Shown: positions 22,341 to 38,120 of the stretch, one piece after another
How the letters are laid out: every line of letters begins with the position of its first letter
How positions within the stretch are numbered: position 1 is the stretch's first letter
Source: Eledone cirrhosa
Taxonomy: Eukaryota
Direction of reading: 5' to 3'
NCBI GenBank assembly: GCA_964016885.1
Contig: OZ024751.1
Coordinates: forward strand, 34,968,001 to 35,032,000
Length of the DNA stretch: 64,000 nucleotides
Notes under the pieces: model-generated
What the model was told of the DNA's origin: nothing
What the model saw: the letters and a program-made list of their open reading frames with translations, nothing else
Databases searched by the model: none
Position numbers and translations under genes: made by a program

Positions 22341-24553
22341 ATATTTATTTTAAGAAACCTTAATGACAAATAATATAAAGTGTTTGTAAAGTGGGGAAGA
22401 GTAGTTTTACGGTGGGGTTGTTATATAGATATCGTTTTTGCAGTGGGGTCGTGACTGGCGTATAATAATGAGTCACTGTTGATGTATATACAAATCATGT
22501 TTTGGATATAAGTGAAGTTATTTAAGAGATTTAGTTGTTTTGTATACATTCATAACGGTACGCGATGGGACCCGCCCACAACCCCGGCGGACAGAATGGA
22601 GAAGGCGTTTCCCCGGAGCACGGCAAGGGAGACGCGCTGGAAAAGCCACTCCAACTCGCGGGGCTCACACCTGCGGCTGGCCAGCTCAGCGCCTATGGTG
22701 GTGAGTAAGGAGGTAGCCCTGGGGCCGAGGACACCAGAAGTCTCCACTTCCAGGGGTACGACCGCAAACCTGTCGGAGAGTGAACGATATGTGAGGAGTT
22801 TGGCCCCCTCAGCCTGACGTGCAGCAGAACCTGGGCCAGTCGCAGACTGCACCAGGTTGCGGCTGCAGAAAGTGTCAGTGCAAGTGGCATCCCAGACGAG
22901 GGGTTTGCCACCGCGGAACGGGAAGATGGTCATGCCATCTAGCCTTTTGCCGTCCCCTCGAGCTGGGAAGGGAAGCCTGCAGCGTCCAAGCCATGCTTAA
23001 TGACTTCGTTGAGGGCAGCATGGCGTGGATTGCGGCTGGCACTGTGGCGACAGGAAAGCGGGTGGAGGCCGAAAGAGTCCATGGTGGAACGGCAGCGACA
23101 TTGGTGTGAGGCCGAGCCTCAGGGAAACGCCGATGCGCAAGCTATTGTTGTCTAGCTGCGTGCGAGTGGAGAAGGAGGGCAGGGCATGGAGCCAGGCCCC
23201 ACTGTGGGGTTTGGAGGCTGCACGAAAACAAACAAGGCGGTGCTGGTCGAGCTGGCGCATGAGCCTGTCTGAGGCCAGGCTGCACTGGATGGCATCCCAA
23301 GTGTGTTGGGGGGGACTTGACGTCAACAGGGGGAGAAGGAGGAGGAACGTCTACTGGGCTAAGTCCCAGCCGGTCCCACGTCTCACAGGCGGCCACGCGT
23401 TCTCTGAACACAGAGGGTTCTGTTGTGTTTTGAAGAACCCTGCTGAGGAGGACGTGGTACGAGGTTACCGACGAAAGATATGCCGGCAAAGCTAGTGAGA
23501 TCGGGGACTGGAGGCGAAGGCCGCCATACCTGACAGGTAAAGTTGCATATCTCATCGGCTGCTGCTCGGATACAAGTTTAGGTGTAGCACAGAGTGTATA
23601 GAGGAGCTTCGGCATGGCGTAGCAGTTCCTCAGCAGAAAGAGAACTGGGTGGCCATCAATCAAGCCCAGTCGGCTCGTGAGAGTCTGGACTTGATGGAGG
23701 AGCGGATGGCCGGCGGGTGGATCGGTGAGGGCATCCTCTTTGGGGGGGTCACCTGAACCTGGCGGAGAATGGACCGCACGTCCAAGACGGAGACTGCAAA
23801 GCTTGCAGCATCGAGGCTGACATTCACCACCTCCGACTTGGCTGAGTTGACCTGGAGGTCGATTCCCGCCAGGGCAGGAACCACCGATTGAAGGTCATGG
23901 CAGACCGCCTGTACGGGCCCACCCAAAGTAGCATCATCCAGATACCAAACGTTGAGAGGGGCCGTTATACTCCAGGCGATGTGGTCAATACCAAGGGTGA
24001 ACAGGAGGGGTCCCAAAGGGTTGCCCTGTTGGATCCCAGTAGCCAAGGGTATGACCGTATCAGCAGCATGGCGCATGCTTGGGGCTCCATATGACAGGTA
24101 GGCAGAGGGGGCTCGGCTGAGGCAGGCCTCGAGCAGATGATCCCAGCGTAAAGAGTTGAAGGCATTCCTCATGTCAAACTTGACAATGAGGTGGCTGGAG
24201 GCCCTGGATGCCAGTTCCGAGTGTTACGGACTTGCAGATTACCTTGGCAGCCAGCCTCCGGAAGACATTGCCCACAGCAATGGGGCGTATGCCATCCTCT
24301 TTCTTCCTGAGAGCGGTGAGGCTGGCCGAAAAAAAGAGGCCTCGAGCATAAGAGTCCAGGGCGCCATGGATGAGCCTATTGGTGAGCGCCACAATTGCAC
24401 TCAGAAGGCGGCGCCCGGCCTCAGCGGAGAGGGGAGATATCACTCCTTGAGGAGGCCTGGTCAGAGACCATCAACATCTCCGCAGCTGCTAGCTAGGAAG
24501 GACCTGATGGCGGACATGATGTCTGCATCAGAAGCCACAAGGAGCAAGTGTGG
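22341..24553 (-). mobile_element. CRE-clade retrotransposon, copy 3
   Basis: ORF pieces 22550-22933, 23660-24172 and 24174-24443. Confidence 0.9.
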
Positions 24554-27368
24554 ATTACAATACAAAACCTCTGAGAATGATTTCTAAGATATTTCACCAT
24601 AATTAATTTTCATCAATATATATTAATATTATTATTGTTTATTAGGTCAGGTGGATTGGCCAGAACAATTCTACTCTTCTTTTTTAGATGTCACGATTTT
24701 TCATGGCATTCCTGAGATCATTAATCTCCAGCTGGAGATCCAGAGACATCTGATGTATGTAGGTGAACCTCAGTCATCCCACTTGGGTCTTACTATGTTT
24801 AGGTATCCACCACAGGAGCCAGCTCATCAGGTCATCCTACCCTCAGCAGCAATGTCCAGCATCTATTGATTTCCGCTCCCTAGTTATTGTGGTAATCTTC
24901 GATATCTGGGAATATATTTCTTCTGCTTAAGGGAGTAATAAATATATAGTTTTAAAAAAAACATATATATACACACACATATATATATGTTGTCATTTAT
25001 AAGAGTTCTCTATCAAAAGCCTTCTCTATGTCCAAAGCTAAGTATAGTGGCTTATTTTTCTCTAAGAACCTCTTTTGTAGTTGTCTCACTAAGAAGAGGG
25101 CATCTGTTGCACTTTTCAGCGGCACAAAACCAAACTGCATCTCATACACATACATACATATACATACATACATACATATACACATACATACATACATCAT
25201 CATCATCATCATCATCATCATTTCGTTTTAAGTCCGCTTTTTCCCTGCTTGCAAGGGTGGGACGGGAACTGATTCTGGCTTGATTTCTACAGCTGGATGC
25301 CCTTCCTAACACCAACCTCATTTACAGTGAGTGCTGAGTGCTTTTTTGCCGTGGCACCTCCACGACCACTTTGCAGTGGAATGATATGGACCCCAGTCCC
25401 TATCATCTCATTTCTACAGCTGAGTAAACTGGAGCAATGTGAAATAAAGTGTCTTGCTCAAGGAAACAACACATCACCCGGTCTGAGAATTGAACTCACA
25501 ACCTTTCGATTGCCAGGCCAATGCTCGAACCACTAAGCCATGTACCTACATATACATATACATACACATACATATACATACATATATATATACATACATA
25601 CATATATACACATACATACATACACATACATACACATATACATACATATATATACATACATACACATACATAGATATATATATATACATAATATAAATAT
25701 ACATACATACACATACATAAGCATATACACATAAGTATATATACATATACACACGTATATATATATATACATACATACATATATACACATACATATATAC
25801 ATACATACACACATATACATACATATATACATATACACATACATACATATACATACATATACACATACATACATATATATATATACATACACACACATAT
25901 ATACATACACACACATATATACAAACACATACATATACACATATATACACATACATACACATACATATACATACATATACACATATACACTCATATATAC
26001 ATATACATACATACACACACATACATACATATATACATATACATACATAAAGACAAATCCACCTCATGGACGAGAATGCAAGGGCTCCTCCTCTTTGTTT
26101 CGGCCGCGGATGGCTAACCCTAACCCCATCCCCGCTCCCCACCGCTCCCAACCTCCAAACGCAATCCAAAACTTCAGAGTTGGTACCATTAATGTAGGCA
26201 CCTTATAGGGTGGCTCTAACGAGGTTGTAGAAATGCTTGAACGTAAGGAGGTCGATGTTTGTTGTATTCAAGAGACCAGGTGGAGGGGTGGGTCTGCTAG
26301 ATTCATCGTGGGTAAAGAACGATGCTATAAGCTTTTCTGTGTGGCAAATGACAATGGGCTGGGTATACACATACCACCCCACCACCCCACCGCAAAGTGG
26401 TCGTGGAGGCGCCGCGGCAAAAAAGCACCCAGCCCACACTGTAAAGCTGACGTGGAGGTGCCACGGAAAAAAAAAAAAGCACCCAGCACTCACTGCAAAC
26501 GGGGTTGGCGTCAGGAAGGGCACCCAGCTGTAGAAACCAATCCAGAATCAGCTCCCACCCCACCCTTGCAAGCATGGAAAAGCGGACGTATGATGAAGTT
26601 GATATATATATATATATATATATATTAGTATATATATACACATATATATATACACACATATATATCAGTGTACATATATATATACATATATATATATATA
26701 AATGAATATTTATTCAATTTAAAGCGCCAATTATCTATATATAACAAGATATGAATTTTTCTAGGGATGGGGGAAATTTTCAGTTTGTTTTTATATTTTC
26801 ACTTCATTTTTTACTTTCTATTTAATACAGTCTTTGATCCAATATAATCCTGACAGTATTTGAACCAGTTTACCTCATATATATGTATGCACACACAACA
26901 CTCAAGTTTCGCCATCTACTGCTATTTCATTCATATTTATTGTTTAATTAACTCTGGTCTAATTCATCAACTATTGTTAATTATATTATTACGTAGATTT
27001 CTTATAAAATCTAGTGCATATATACGTGTATATATACAGGGAGACACTGTAATAGATGTAAAGAGAGTGGGAGATAGAGTTATAGAAGTAAAGAGAGGGG
27101 GAGAAATAAGCGGTAGATAGAGTAATAGATGTAAAGAGAGGGTTAGAACGTTCAACTTGACAGTCAGTACAATGTTCAGCATGGTAGCCAGTACATATGC
27201 CAACTACCCAACCGGCCAGCCAGCCGCATATGCGGTTGACTGGCCAGTTGGGCGGTTGGTATGTGGAACGTTCAACTACGCAGTCAGTACCAAAGTTCAA
27301 CATTGTAGCCAGTGCATATGCCGATCGCCGCGCCCTCTTTGCTCTATTTTAATGACCTGGAACTAAGT

Positions 27369-27481
27369 AAAAAGAGTAGGAGATAACTCGACAAGAGCGG
27401 AGAGGGTGAGATTCGAACCATGTAAAGTCGTTGGCTCCTGAACTTCGTAAGCGGGGCTGCTACTGACTGAGCAGCGCCGGC
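27369..27481 (-). ncRNA. Candidate tRNA-like Pol III small RNA, copy 4
   Basis: As copy 2, with one substitution (GAACTTC to GAAGTTC). Confidence 0.5.
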
Positions 27482-28264
27482 AGCAAGGCAAATCGCGCAT
27501 AAAATAACGCTTATATCGACAAAAAAATAAAAAAATTTCAATGTTGCACTCTTGTTTGTTGTTCTTTTATTTTACGTAAACATTTCGCTGCTCTAGCCTC
27601 TTATTTCCTATTAGATTACACTTAATTCCATTAAACATTCATTCTTAGTCTCGTGGTAAACTATTTCATCTATATTTATATCGCTGTTACAGCCTTTTAT
27701 TTCTACATCTATCACCTATAGCCACTGTTACGCCGGTAGTATAAGTAGCTTTATAACAAGAAACGATGATATAACTCCACAAAATGTCTTCTTGAGCAAG
27801 ACACTTCACTTCATATTGCTCCAGTACACCGAGTTACACATAGACAGATACATACATACATACACAGATAGAAATGAGAGGTAGATAGAGTAAAAGATTT
27901 AAAGAGAGTGTGAGAAGTACGAGTTAGATAGTGTAAAAGATTTAAAGAGAGGGTGAGAGTGTGACACACATTTATCTGTCTATCTCTCTCTATTTTAACA
28001 CCGGTCGTTATAATTAGTTTTATAACACCGCTATATTACCGACATGAAAGAGGTAAATAATTATTTCTTAAATGTTTAGAACATGTTTCTCTTGTCTTCT
28101 TAAATGTATAGAACATGTTTCTTATTTATATTCTTAACATAGCTAGGACCTTATCTCATTTACTGGTCTCTACTTTTAGGACTTTGCTGGTCCCATGTGC
28201 CCTCCATAAAGGCACTCTAGTCCCTTCTCTGAGGCCCCGTACTAATTACTACACATACGTATAT

Positions 28265-30478
28265 ATATTTATTTTAAGAAACCTTAATGACAAATAATAT
28301 AAAGTGTTTGTAAAGTGGGGAAGAGTAGTTTTACGGTGGGGTTGTTATATAGATATCGTTTTTGCAGTGGGGTCGTGACTGGCGTATAATAATGAGTCAC
28401 TGTTGATGTATATACAAATCATGTTTTGGATATAAGTGAAGTTATTTAAGAGATTTAGTTGTTTTGTATACATTCATAACGGTACGCGATGGGACCCGCC
28501 CACAACCCCGGCGGACAGAATGGAGAAGGCGTTTCCCCGGAGCACGGCAAGGGAGACGCGCTGGAAAAGCCACTCCAACTCGCGGGGCTCACACCTGCGG
28601 CTGGCCAGCTCAGCGCCTATGGTGGTGAGTAAGGAGGTAGCCCTGGGGCCGAGGACACCAGAAGTCTCCACTTCCAGGGGTACGACCGCAAACCTGTCGG
28701 AGAGTGAACGATATGTGAGGAGTTTGGCCCCCTCAGCCTGACGTGCAGCAGAACCTGGGCCAGTCGCAGACTGCACCAGGTTGCGGCTGCAGAAAGTGTC
28801 AGTGCAAGTGGCATCCCAGACGAGGGGTTTGCCACCACGGAACGGGAAGATGGTCATGCCATCTAGCCTTTTGCCGTCCCCTCGAGCTGGGAAGGGAAGC
28901 CTGCAGCGTCCAAGCCATGCTTAATGACTTCGTTGAGGGCAGCATGGCGTGGATTGCGGCTGGCACTGTGGCGACAGGAAAGCGGGTGGAGGCCGAAAGA
29001 GTCCATGGTGGAACGGCAGCGACATTGGTGTGAGGCCGAGCCTCAGGGAAACGCCGATGCGCAAGCTATTGTTGTCTAGCTGCGTGCGAGTGGAGAAGGA
29101 GGGCAGGGCATGGAGCCAGGCCCCACTGTGGGGTTTGGAGGCTGCACGAAAACAAACAAGGCGGTGCTGGTCGAGCTGGCGCATGAGCCTGTCTGAGGCC
29201 AGGCTGCACTGGATGGCATCCCAAGTGTGTTGGGGGGGACTTGACGTCAACAGGGGGAGAAGGAGGAGGAACGTCTACTGGGCTAAGTCCCAGCCGGTCC
29301 CACGTCTCACAGGCGGCCACGCGTTCTCTGAACACAGAGGGTTCTGTTGTGTTTTGAAGAACCCTGCTGAGGAGGACGTGGTACGAGGTTACCGACGAAA
29401 GATATGCCGGCAAAGCTAGTGAGATCGGGGACTGGAGGCGAAGGCCGCCATACCTGACAGGTAAAGTTGCATATCTCATCGGCTGCTGCTCGGATACAAG
29501 TTTAGGTGTAGCACAGAGTGTATAGAGGAGCTTCGGCATGGCGTAGCAGTTCCTCAGCAGAAAGAGAACTGGGTGGCCATCAATCAAGCCCAGTCGGCTC
29601 GTGAGAGTCTGGACTTGATGGAGGAGCGGATGGCCGGCGGGTGGATCGGTGAGGGCATCCTCTATGGGGGGGTCACCTGAACCTGGCGGAGAATGGACCG
29701 CACGTCCAAGACGGAGACTGCAAAGCTTGCAGCATCGAGGCTAACATTCACCACCTCCGACTTGGCTGAGTTGACCTGGAGGTCGATTCCCGCCAGGGCA
29801 GGAACCACCGATTGAAGGTCATGGCAGACCGCCTGTACGGGCCCACCCAAAGTAGCATCATCCAGATACCAAACGTTGAGAGGGGCCGTTATACTCCAGG
29901 CGATGTGGTCAATACCAAGGGTGAACAGGAGGGGTCCCAAAGGGTTGCCCTGTTGGATCCCAGTAGCCAAGGGTATGACCGTATCAGCAGCATGGCGCAT
30001 GCTTGGGGCTCCATATGACAGGTAGGCAGAGGGGGCTCGGCTGAGGCAGGCCTCGAGCAGATGATCCCAGCGTAAAGAGTTGAAGGCATTCCTCATGTCA
30101 AACTTGACAATGAGGTGGCTGGAGGCCCTGGATGCCAGTTCCGAGTGTTACGGACTTGCAGATTACCTTGGCAGCCAGCCTCCGGAAGACATTGCCCACA
30201 GCAATGGGGCGTATGCCATCCTCTTTCTTCCTGAGAGCGGTGAGGCTGGCCGAAAAAAAGAGGCCTCGAGCATAAGAGTCCAGGGCGCCATGGATGAGCC
30301 TATTGGTGAGCGCCACAATTGCACTCAGAAGGCGGCGCCCGGCCTCAGCGGAGAGGGGAGATATCAACTCCTTGAGGAGGCCTGGTCAGAGACCATCAAC
30401 ATCTCCGCAGCTGCTAGCTGGGAAGGACCTGATGGCGGACATGATGTCTGCATCAGAAGCCACAAGGAGCAAGTGTGG
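28265..30478 (-). mobile_element. CRE-clade retrotransposon, copy 4
   Basis: ORF pieces 28474-28857, 29662-30096 and 30098-30367. Confidence 0.9.
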
Positions 30479-32526
30479 ATTACAATACAAAACCTCTGAG
30501 AATGATTTCTAAGATATTTCACCATAATTAATTTTCATCAATATATATTAATATTATTATTGTTTATTAGGTCAGGTGGATTGGCCAGAACAATTCTACT
30601 CTTCTTTTTTAGATGTCACGATTTTTCATGGCATTCCTGAGATCATTAATCTCCAGCTGGAGATCCAGTGACATCTGATGTATGTAGGTGAACCTCAGTC
30701 ATCCCACTTGGGTCTTACTATGTTTAGGTATCCACCACAGGAGCCAGCTCATCAGGTCATCCTACCCTCAGCAGCACTGTCCAGCATCTATTGATTTCCG
30801 CTCCCTAGTTATTGTGGTAATCTTCGATATCTGGGAATATATTTCTTCTGCTTAAGGGAGTAATAAATATATAGTTTTAAAAAAAACATATATATACACA
30901 CACATATATATATGTTGTCATTTATAAGAGTTCTCTATCAAAAGCCTTCTCTATGTCCAAAGCTAAGTATAGTGGCTTATTTTTCTCTAAGAACCTCTTT
31001 TGTAGTTGTCTCACTAAGAAGAGGGCATCTGTTGCACTTTTCAGCGGCACAAAACCAAACTGCATCTCATACACATACATACATATACATACATACATAC
31101 ATATACACATACATACATACATCATCATCATCATCATCATCATCATTTCGTTTTAAGTCCGCTTTTTCCCTGCTTGCAAGGGTGGGACGGGAACTGATTC
31201 TGGCTTGATTTCTACAGCTGGATGCCCTTCCTAACACCAACCTCATTTACAGTGAGTGCTGAGTGCTTTTTTGCCGTGGCACCTCCACGACCACTTTGCA
31301 GTGGAATGATATGGACCCCAGTCCCTATCATCTCATTTCTACAGCTGAGTAAACTGGAGCAATGTGAAATAAAGTGTCTTGCTCAAGGAAACAACACATC
31401 ACCCGGTCTGAGAATTGAACTCACAACCTTTCGATTGCCAGGCCAATGCTCGAACCACTAAGCCATGTACCTACATATACATATACATACACATACATAT
31501 ACATACATATATATATACATACATACATATATACACATACATACATACACATACATACACATATACATACATATATATACATACATACACATACATAGAT
31601 ATATATATATACATAATATAAATATACATACATACACATACATAAGCATATACACATAAGTATATATACATATACACACGTATATATACATATACATACA
31701 TACATATATACACATACATACATATATACATACATACACACATATACATACATATATACATATACACATACATACATATACATACATATACACATACATA
31801 CATATATATATATACATACACACACATATATACATACACACACATATATACAAACACATACATATACACATATATACACATACATACACATACATATACA
31901 TACATATACACATATACACTCATATATACATATACATACATACACACACATACATACATATATACATATACATACATAAAGACAAATCCACCTCATGGAC
32001 GAGAATGCAAGGGCTCCTCCTCTTTGTTTCGGCCGCGGATGGCTAACCCTAACCCCATCCCCGCTCCCCACCGCTCCCAACCTCCAAACGCAATCCAAAA
32101 CTTCAGAGTTGGTACCATTAATGTAGGCACCTTATAGGGTGGCTCTAACGAGGTTGTAGAAATGCTTGAACGTAAGGAGGTCGATGTTTGTTGTATTCAA
32201 GAGACCAGGTGGAGGGGTGGGTCTGCTAGATTCATCGTGGGTAAAGAACGATGCTATACGCTTTTCTGTGTGGCAAATGACAATGGGCTGGGTATACACA
32301 TACCACCCCACCGCCCCACCGCAAAGTGGTCGTGGAGGCGCCGCGGCCAAAAAGCACCCAGCCCACACTGTAAAGCTGACGTGGAGGTGCCACGGAAAAA
32401 AAAAAGCACCCAGCACTCACTGCAAACGGGGTTGGCGTCAGGAAGGGCACCCAGCTGTAGAAACCAATCCAGAATCAGCTCCCACCCCACCCTTGCAAGC
32501 ATGGAAAAGCGGACGTATGATGAAGT

Positions 32527-32581
<55 letters not shown>

Positions 32582-33322
32582 TATATATATACACATATAT
32601 ATATACACACATATATATCAGTGTACATATATATATACATATATATATATATATAAATGAATATTTATTCAATTTAAAGCGCCAATTATCTATATATAAC
32701 AAGATATGAATTTTTCTAGGGATGGGGAAATTTTCAGTTTGTTTTTATATTTTCACTTCATTTTTTACTTTCTATTTAATACAGTCTTTGATCCAATATA
32801 ATCCTGACAGTATTTGAACCAGTTTACCTCATATATATGTATGCACACACAACACTCAAGTTTCGCCATCTACTGCTATTTCATTCATATTTATTGTTTA
32901 ATTAACTCTGGTCTAATTCATCAACTATTGTTAATTATATTATTACGTAGATTTCTTATAAAATCTAGTGCATATATACGTGTATATATACAGGGAGACA
33001 CTGTAATAGATGTAAAGAGAGTGGGAGATAGAGTTATAGAAGTAAAGAGAGGGGGAGAACTAAACGGTAGATAGAGTAATAGATGTAAAGAGAGGGTTAG
33101 AACGTTCAACTTGACAGTCAGTACAATGTTCAGCATGGTAGCCAGTACATATGCCAACTACCCAACCGGCCAGCCAGCCGCATATGCGGTTGACTGGCCA
33201 GTGGGGCGGGTGGTATGTGGAACGTTCAACTACGCAGTCAGTACCAAAGTTCAACATTGTAGCCAGTGCATATGCCGATCGCCGCGCCCTCTTTGCTCTA
33301 TTTTAATGACCTGGAACTAAGT

Positions 33323-33435
33323 AAAAAGAGTAGGAGATAACTCGACAAGAGCGGAGAGGGTGAGATTCGAACCATGTAAAGTCGTTGGCTCCTGAAGTTC
33401 GTAAGCGGGGCTGCTACTGACTGAGCAGCGCCGGC
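33323..33435 (-). ncRNA. Candidate tRNA-like Pol III small RNA, copy 5
   Basis: Same as copy 2. Confidence 0.5.
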
Positions 33436-34221
33436 AGCAAGGCAAATCGCGCATAAAATAACGCTTATATCGACAAAAAAAAAAAAAAAATTTCAATGTT
33501 GCACTCTTGTTTGTTGTTCTTTTATTTTACGTAAACATTTCGCTGCTCTAGCCTCTTATTTCCTATTAGATTACACTTAATTCCATTAAACATTCATTCT
33601 TAGTCTCGTGGTAAACTATTTCATCTATATTTATATCGCTGTTACAGCCTTTTATTTCTACATCTATCACCTATAGCCACTGTTACGCCGGTAGTATAAG
33701 TAGCTTTATAACAAGAAACGATGATATAACTCCACAAAATGTCTTCTTCAGCAAGACACTTCACTTCATATTGCTCCAGTACACCGAGTTACACATAGAC
33801 AGATACATACATACATACACAGATAGAAATGAGAGGTAGATAGAGTAAAAGATTTAAAGAGAGTGTGAGAAGTACGAGTTAGATAGTGTAAAAGATTTAA
33901 AGAGAGGGTGAGAGTGTGACACACATTTATCTGTCTATCTCTCTCTATTTTAACACCGGTCGTTATAATTAGTTTTATAACACCGCTATATTACCGACAT
34001 GAAAGAGGTAAATAATTATTTCTTAAATGTTTAGAACATGTTTCTCTTGTCTTCTTAAATGTATAGAACATGTTTCTTATTTATATTCTTAACATAGCTA
34101 GGACCTTATCTCATTTACTGGTCTCTACTTTTAGGGCTTTGCTGGTCCCATGTGCCCTCCATGAAGACACACTCGCCCCTTCTCTCTCAGTCTCCGTACT
34201 AATTACTACACATACGTATAT

Positions 34222-36408
34222 ATATTTATTTTAAGAAACCTTAATGACAAATAATATAAAGTGTTTGTAAAGTGGGGAAGAGTAGTTTTACGGTGGGGTT
34301 GTTATATAGATATCGTTTTTGCAGTGGGGTCGTGACTGGCGTATAATAATGAGTCACTGTTGATGTATATACAAATCATGTTTTGAATATAAGTGAAGTT
34401 ATTTAAGAGATTTAGTTGTTTTGTATACATTCATAACGGTACGCGATGGGACCCACCCACAGCCCCGGCGGACAGAATGGAGAAGGCGTTTCCCCGGAGC
34501 ACGGCAAGGGAGACGCGCTGGAAAAGCCACTCCAACTCGCGGGGCTCACACCTGCGGCTGGCCAGCTCAGCGCCTATGGTGGTGAGTAAGGAGGTAGCCC
34601 TGGGGCCGAGGACACCAGAAGTCTCCACTTCCAGGGGTACGACCGCAAACCTGTCGGAGAGTGAACGATATGTGAGGAGTTTGGCCCCCTCAGCCTGACG
34701 TGCAGCAGAACCTGGGCCAGTCGCAGACTGCACCAGGTTGCGGCTGCAGAAAGTGTCGGTGCAAGTGGCATCCCAGACGAGGGGTTTGCCACCGCGGAAC
34801 GGGAAGATGGTCATGCCATCTAGCCTTTTGCCGTCCCCTCGAGCTGGGAAGGGAAGCCTGCAGCGTCCAAGCCATGCTTAATGACTTCGTTGAGGGCAGC
34901 ATGGCGTGGATTGCGGGTGGAGGCCGAAAGAGTCCATGGTGGAACGGCAGCGACATTGGTGTGAGGCCGAGCCTCAGGGAAACGCCGATGCGCAAGCTAT
35001 TGTTGTCTAGCTGCGTGCGAGTGGAGAAGGAGGGCAGGGCATGGAGCCAGGCCCCACTGTGGGGTTTGGAGGCTGCACGAAAACAAACAAGGCGGTGCTG
35101 GTCGAGCTGGCACGTGAGCCTGTCTGAGGCCAGGCTGCACTGGATGGCATCCCAAGTGTGTTGGGGGGGACTTGACGTCAACAGGGGGAGAAGGAGGAGG
35201 AACGTCTACTGGGCTAAGTCCCAGCCGGTCCCACGTCTCACAGGCGGCCACGCGTTCTCTGAACACAGAGGGTTCTGTAGTGTTTTGAAGAACCCTGCTG
35301 AAGAGGACGTGGTACGAGGTTACCGACGAAAGATATGCCGGCAAAGCTAGTGAGATCGGGGACTGGAGGCGAAGGCCGCCATACCTGACAGGTAAAGTTG
35401 CATATCTCATCGGCTGCTGCTCGGATACAAGTTTAGGTGTAGCACAGAGTGTATAGAGGAGCTTCGGCATGGCGTAGCAGTTCCTCAGCAGAAAGAGAAC
35501 TGGGTGGCCATCAATCAAGCCCAGTCGGCTCGTGAGAGTCTGGACTTGATGGAGGAGCGGATGGCCGGCGGGTGGATCGGTGAGGGCATCCTCTTTGGGG
35601 GGTCACCTGAACCTGGCGGAGAATGGACCGCACGTCCAAGACGGAGACTGCAAAGCTTGCAGCATCGAGGCTGACATTCACCACCTCCGACTTGGCTGAG
35701 TTGACCTGGAGGTCGATTCCCGCCAGGGCAGGAACCACCGATTGAAGGTCATGGCAGACCGCCTGTACGGGCCCACCCAAAGTAGCATCATCCAGATACC
35801 AAACGTTGAGAGGGGCCGTTATACTCCAGGCGATGTGGTCAATACCAAGGGTGAACAGGAGGGGTCCCAAAGGGTTGCCCTGTTGGATCCCAGTAGCCAA
35901 GGGTATGACCGTATCAGCAGCATGGCGCATGCTTGGGGCTCCATATGACAGGTAGGCAGAGGGGGCTCGGCTGAGGCAGGCCTCGAGCAGATGATCCCAG
36001 CGTAAAGAGTTGAAGGCATTCCTCATGTCAAACTTGACAATGAGGTGGCTGGAGGCCCTGGATGCCGGTTCCGAGTGTTACGGACTTGCAGATTACCTTG
36101 GCAGCCAGCCTCCGGAAGACATTGCCCACAGCAATGGGGCGTATGCCATCCTCTTTCTTCCTGAGAGCGGTGAGGCTGGCCGAAAAAAAGAGGCCTCGAG
36201 CATAAGAGTCCAGGGCGCCATGGATGAGCCTATTGGTGAGCGCCACAATTGCACTCAGAAGGCGGCGCCCGGCCTCAGCGGAGAGGGGAGATATCAACTC
36301 CTTGAGGAGGCCTGGTCAGAGACCATCAACATCTCCGCAGCTGCTAGCTGGGAAGGACCTGATGGCGGACATGATGTCTGCATCAGAAGCCACAAGGAGC
36401 AAGTGTGG
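34222..36408 (-). mobile_element. CRE-clade retrotransposon, copy 5 (26-bp deletion in zinc knuckle)
   Basis: ORF pieces 34431-34814 and 35511-36026; deletion junction TTGCGGGTGG at ~34915. Confidence 0.9.
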
Positions 36409-37329
36409 ATTACAATACAAAACCTCTGAGAATGATTTCTAAGATATTTCACCATAATTAATTTTCATCAATATATATTAATATTATTATTGTTTATTAG
36501 GTCAGGTGGATTGGCCAGAACAATTCTACTCTTCTTTTTTAGATGTCACGATTTTTCATGGCATTCCTGAGATCATTAATCTCCAGCTGGAGATCCAGAG
36601 ACATCTGATGTATGTAGGTGAACCTCAGTCATCCCACTAGGGTCTTACTATGTTTAGGTATCCACCACAGGAGCCAGCTCATCAGGTCATCCTACCCTCA
36701 GCAGCAATGTCCAGCATCTATTGATTTCCGCTCCCTAGTTATTGTGGTAATCTTCGATATCTGGGAATATATTTCTTCTGCTTAAGGGAGTAATAAATAT
36801 ATAGTTTTAAAAAAAACATATATATACACACACATATATATATGTTGTCATTTATAAGAGTTCTCTATCAAAAGCCTTCTCTATGTCCAAAGCTAAGTAT
36901 AGTGGCTTATTTTTCTCTAAGAACCTCTTTTGTAGTTGTCTCACTAAGAAGAGGGCATCTGTTGCACTTTTCAGCGGCTTAATTAATTAATGAGGAATTT
37001 TGAGGTATTTATAACAATTATTAATTATTTCATTACTGAGATATCATTTGAAGGACTTACTAATGTTTTTATTTATTAATTATTTTATTAGTAACTTAAC
37101 ATGTGGTTCTTGTATAAAATTATGTTGGAAGATTTTAGGAAGATGCTATGTAGCCGGTCGCGGTAAAATAGACGCCCAGGCTATGTAGCCGGTAAGAGTG
37201 TCAGACTCCATGTGTTGCGGCCCTTTATGGTCTGAGTTAAGACAATTTAAAATCTTTTCCACCATCAATTGTTAAAAAACAAGTTAAAATCATTTTGTCG
37301 TCCATTTGTAACGTACGTTACACTTTAGT

Positions 37330-38120
37330 TACATACACATATACTATGTTACATACACACATCTACTGTGTTACATACACACACATCAACTGGGTTGTAT
37401 ACACACACATCTACTGCGTTACATACACATCTACTGTGTTACACACACATCTACTGTGTTACATACACACACATCTACTGAGTTACATACACACACATCT
37501 ACTGTGTTACATACACACACATCTTCTGTGTTACATACACACATCTACTATGTTACATACACACATCTACTGTGTTACATACACACACCTGTGTTACATA
37601 CACACACATCTACTGAGTTACATACACACAGATCTACTGTGTTACATACACACACATCTACTGTGTTACACACATCTTCTATGTTACATACACACAATCT
37701 ACTGTGTTACATACACACATCTACTGAGTTACATACACACACATCTACTGAGTTACATACACACACATGTACTGTGTTACATACACACATCTACTGTGTT
37801 ACATACATACACATCTACTGTGTTACATACATACACATCTACTGTTACATACACACATCTACCGTGTTACACACACACATCTACCGTGTTACACACACAC
37901 ATCTACCGTGTTACACACACACATCTACCGTGTTACACACACACATCTACTGAGTTACATACACATATACTGAGTTACATGCAAACACACATCTACTCTG
38001 TTACATATACACATCTACTGTGTTACATACACATCTACTGTGATACACACACACACATCTACTCATACATATTCATAAATAGACACACATTATACAAATA
38101 ATTATTACATACACACACAT
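37330..38120. repeat. Minisatellite, ~20-24-bp unit CATCTACTGTGTTACATACACACA
   Basis: Read directly; second copy at ~58965-59755. Confidence 0.95.

Noticed and set aside
37295-38101. 268-aa His/Thr/Cys repeat ORF (also 58930-59736)
   Set aside because: Minisatellite translation, open in several frames, with variable unit length.
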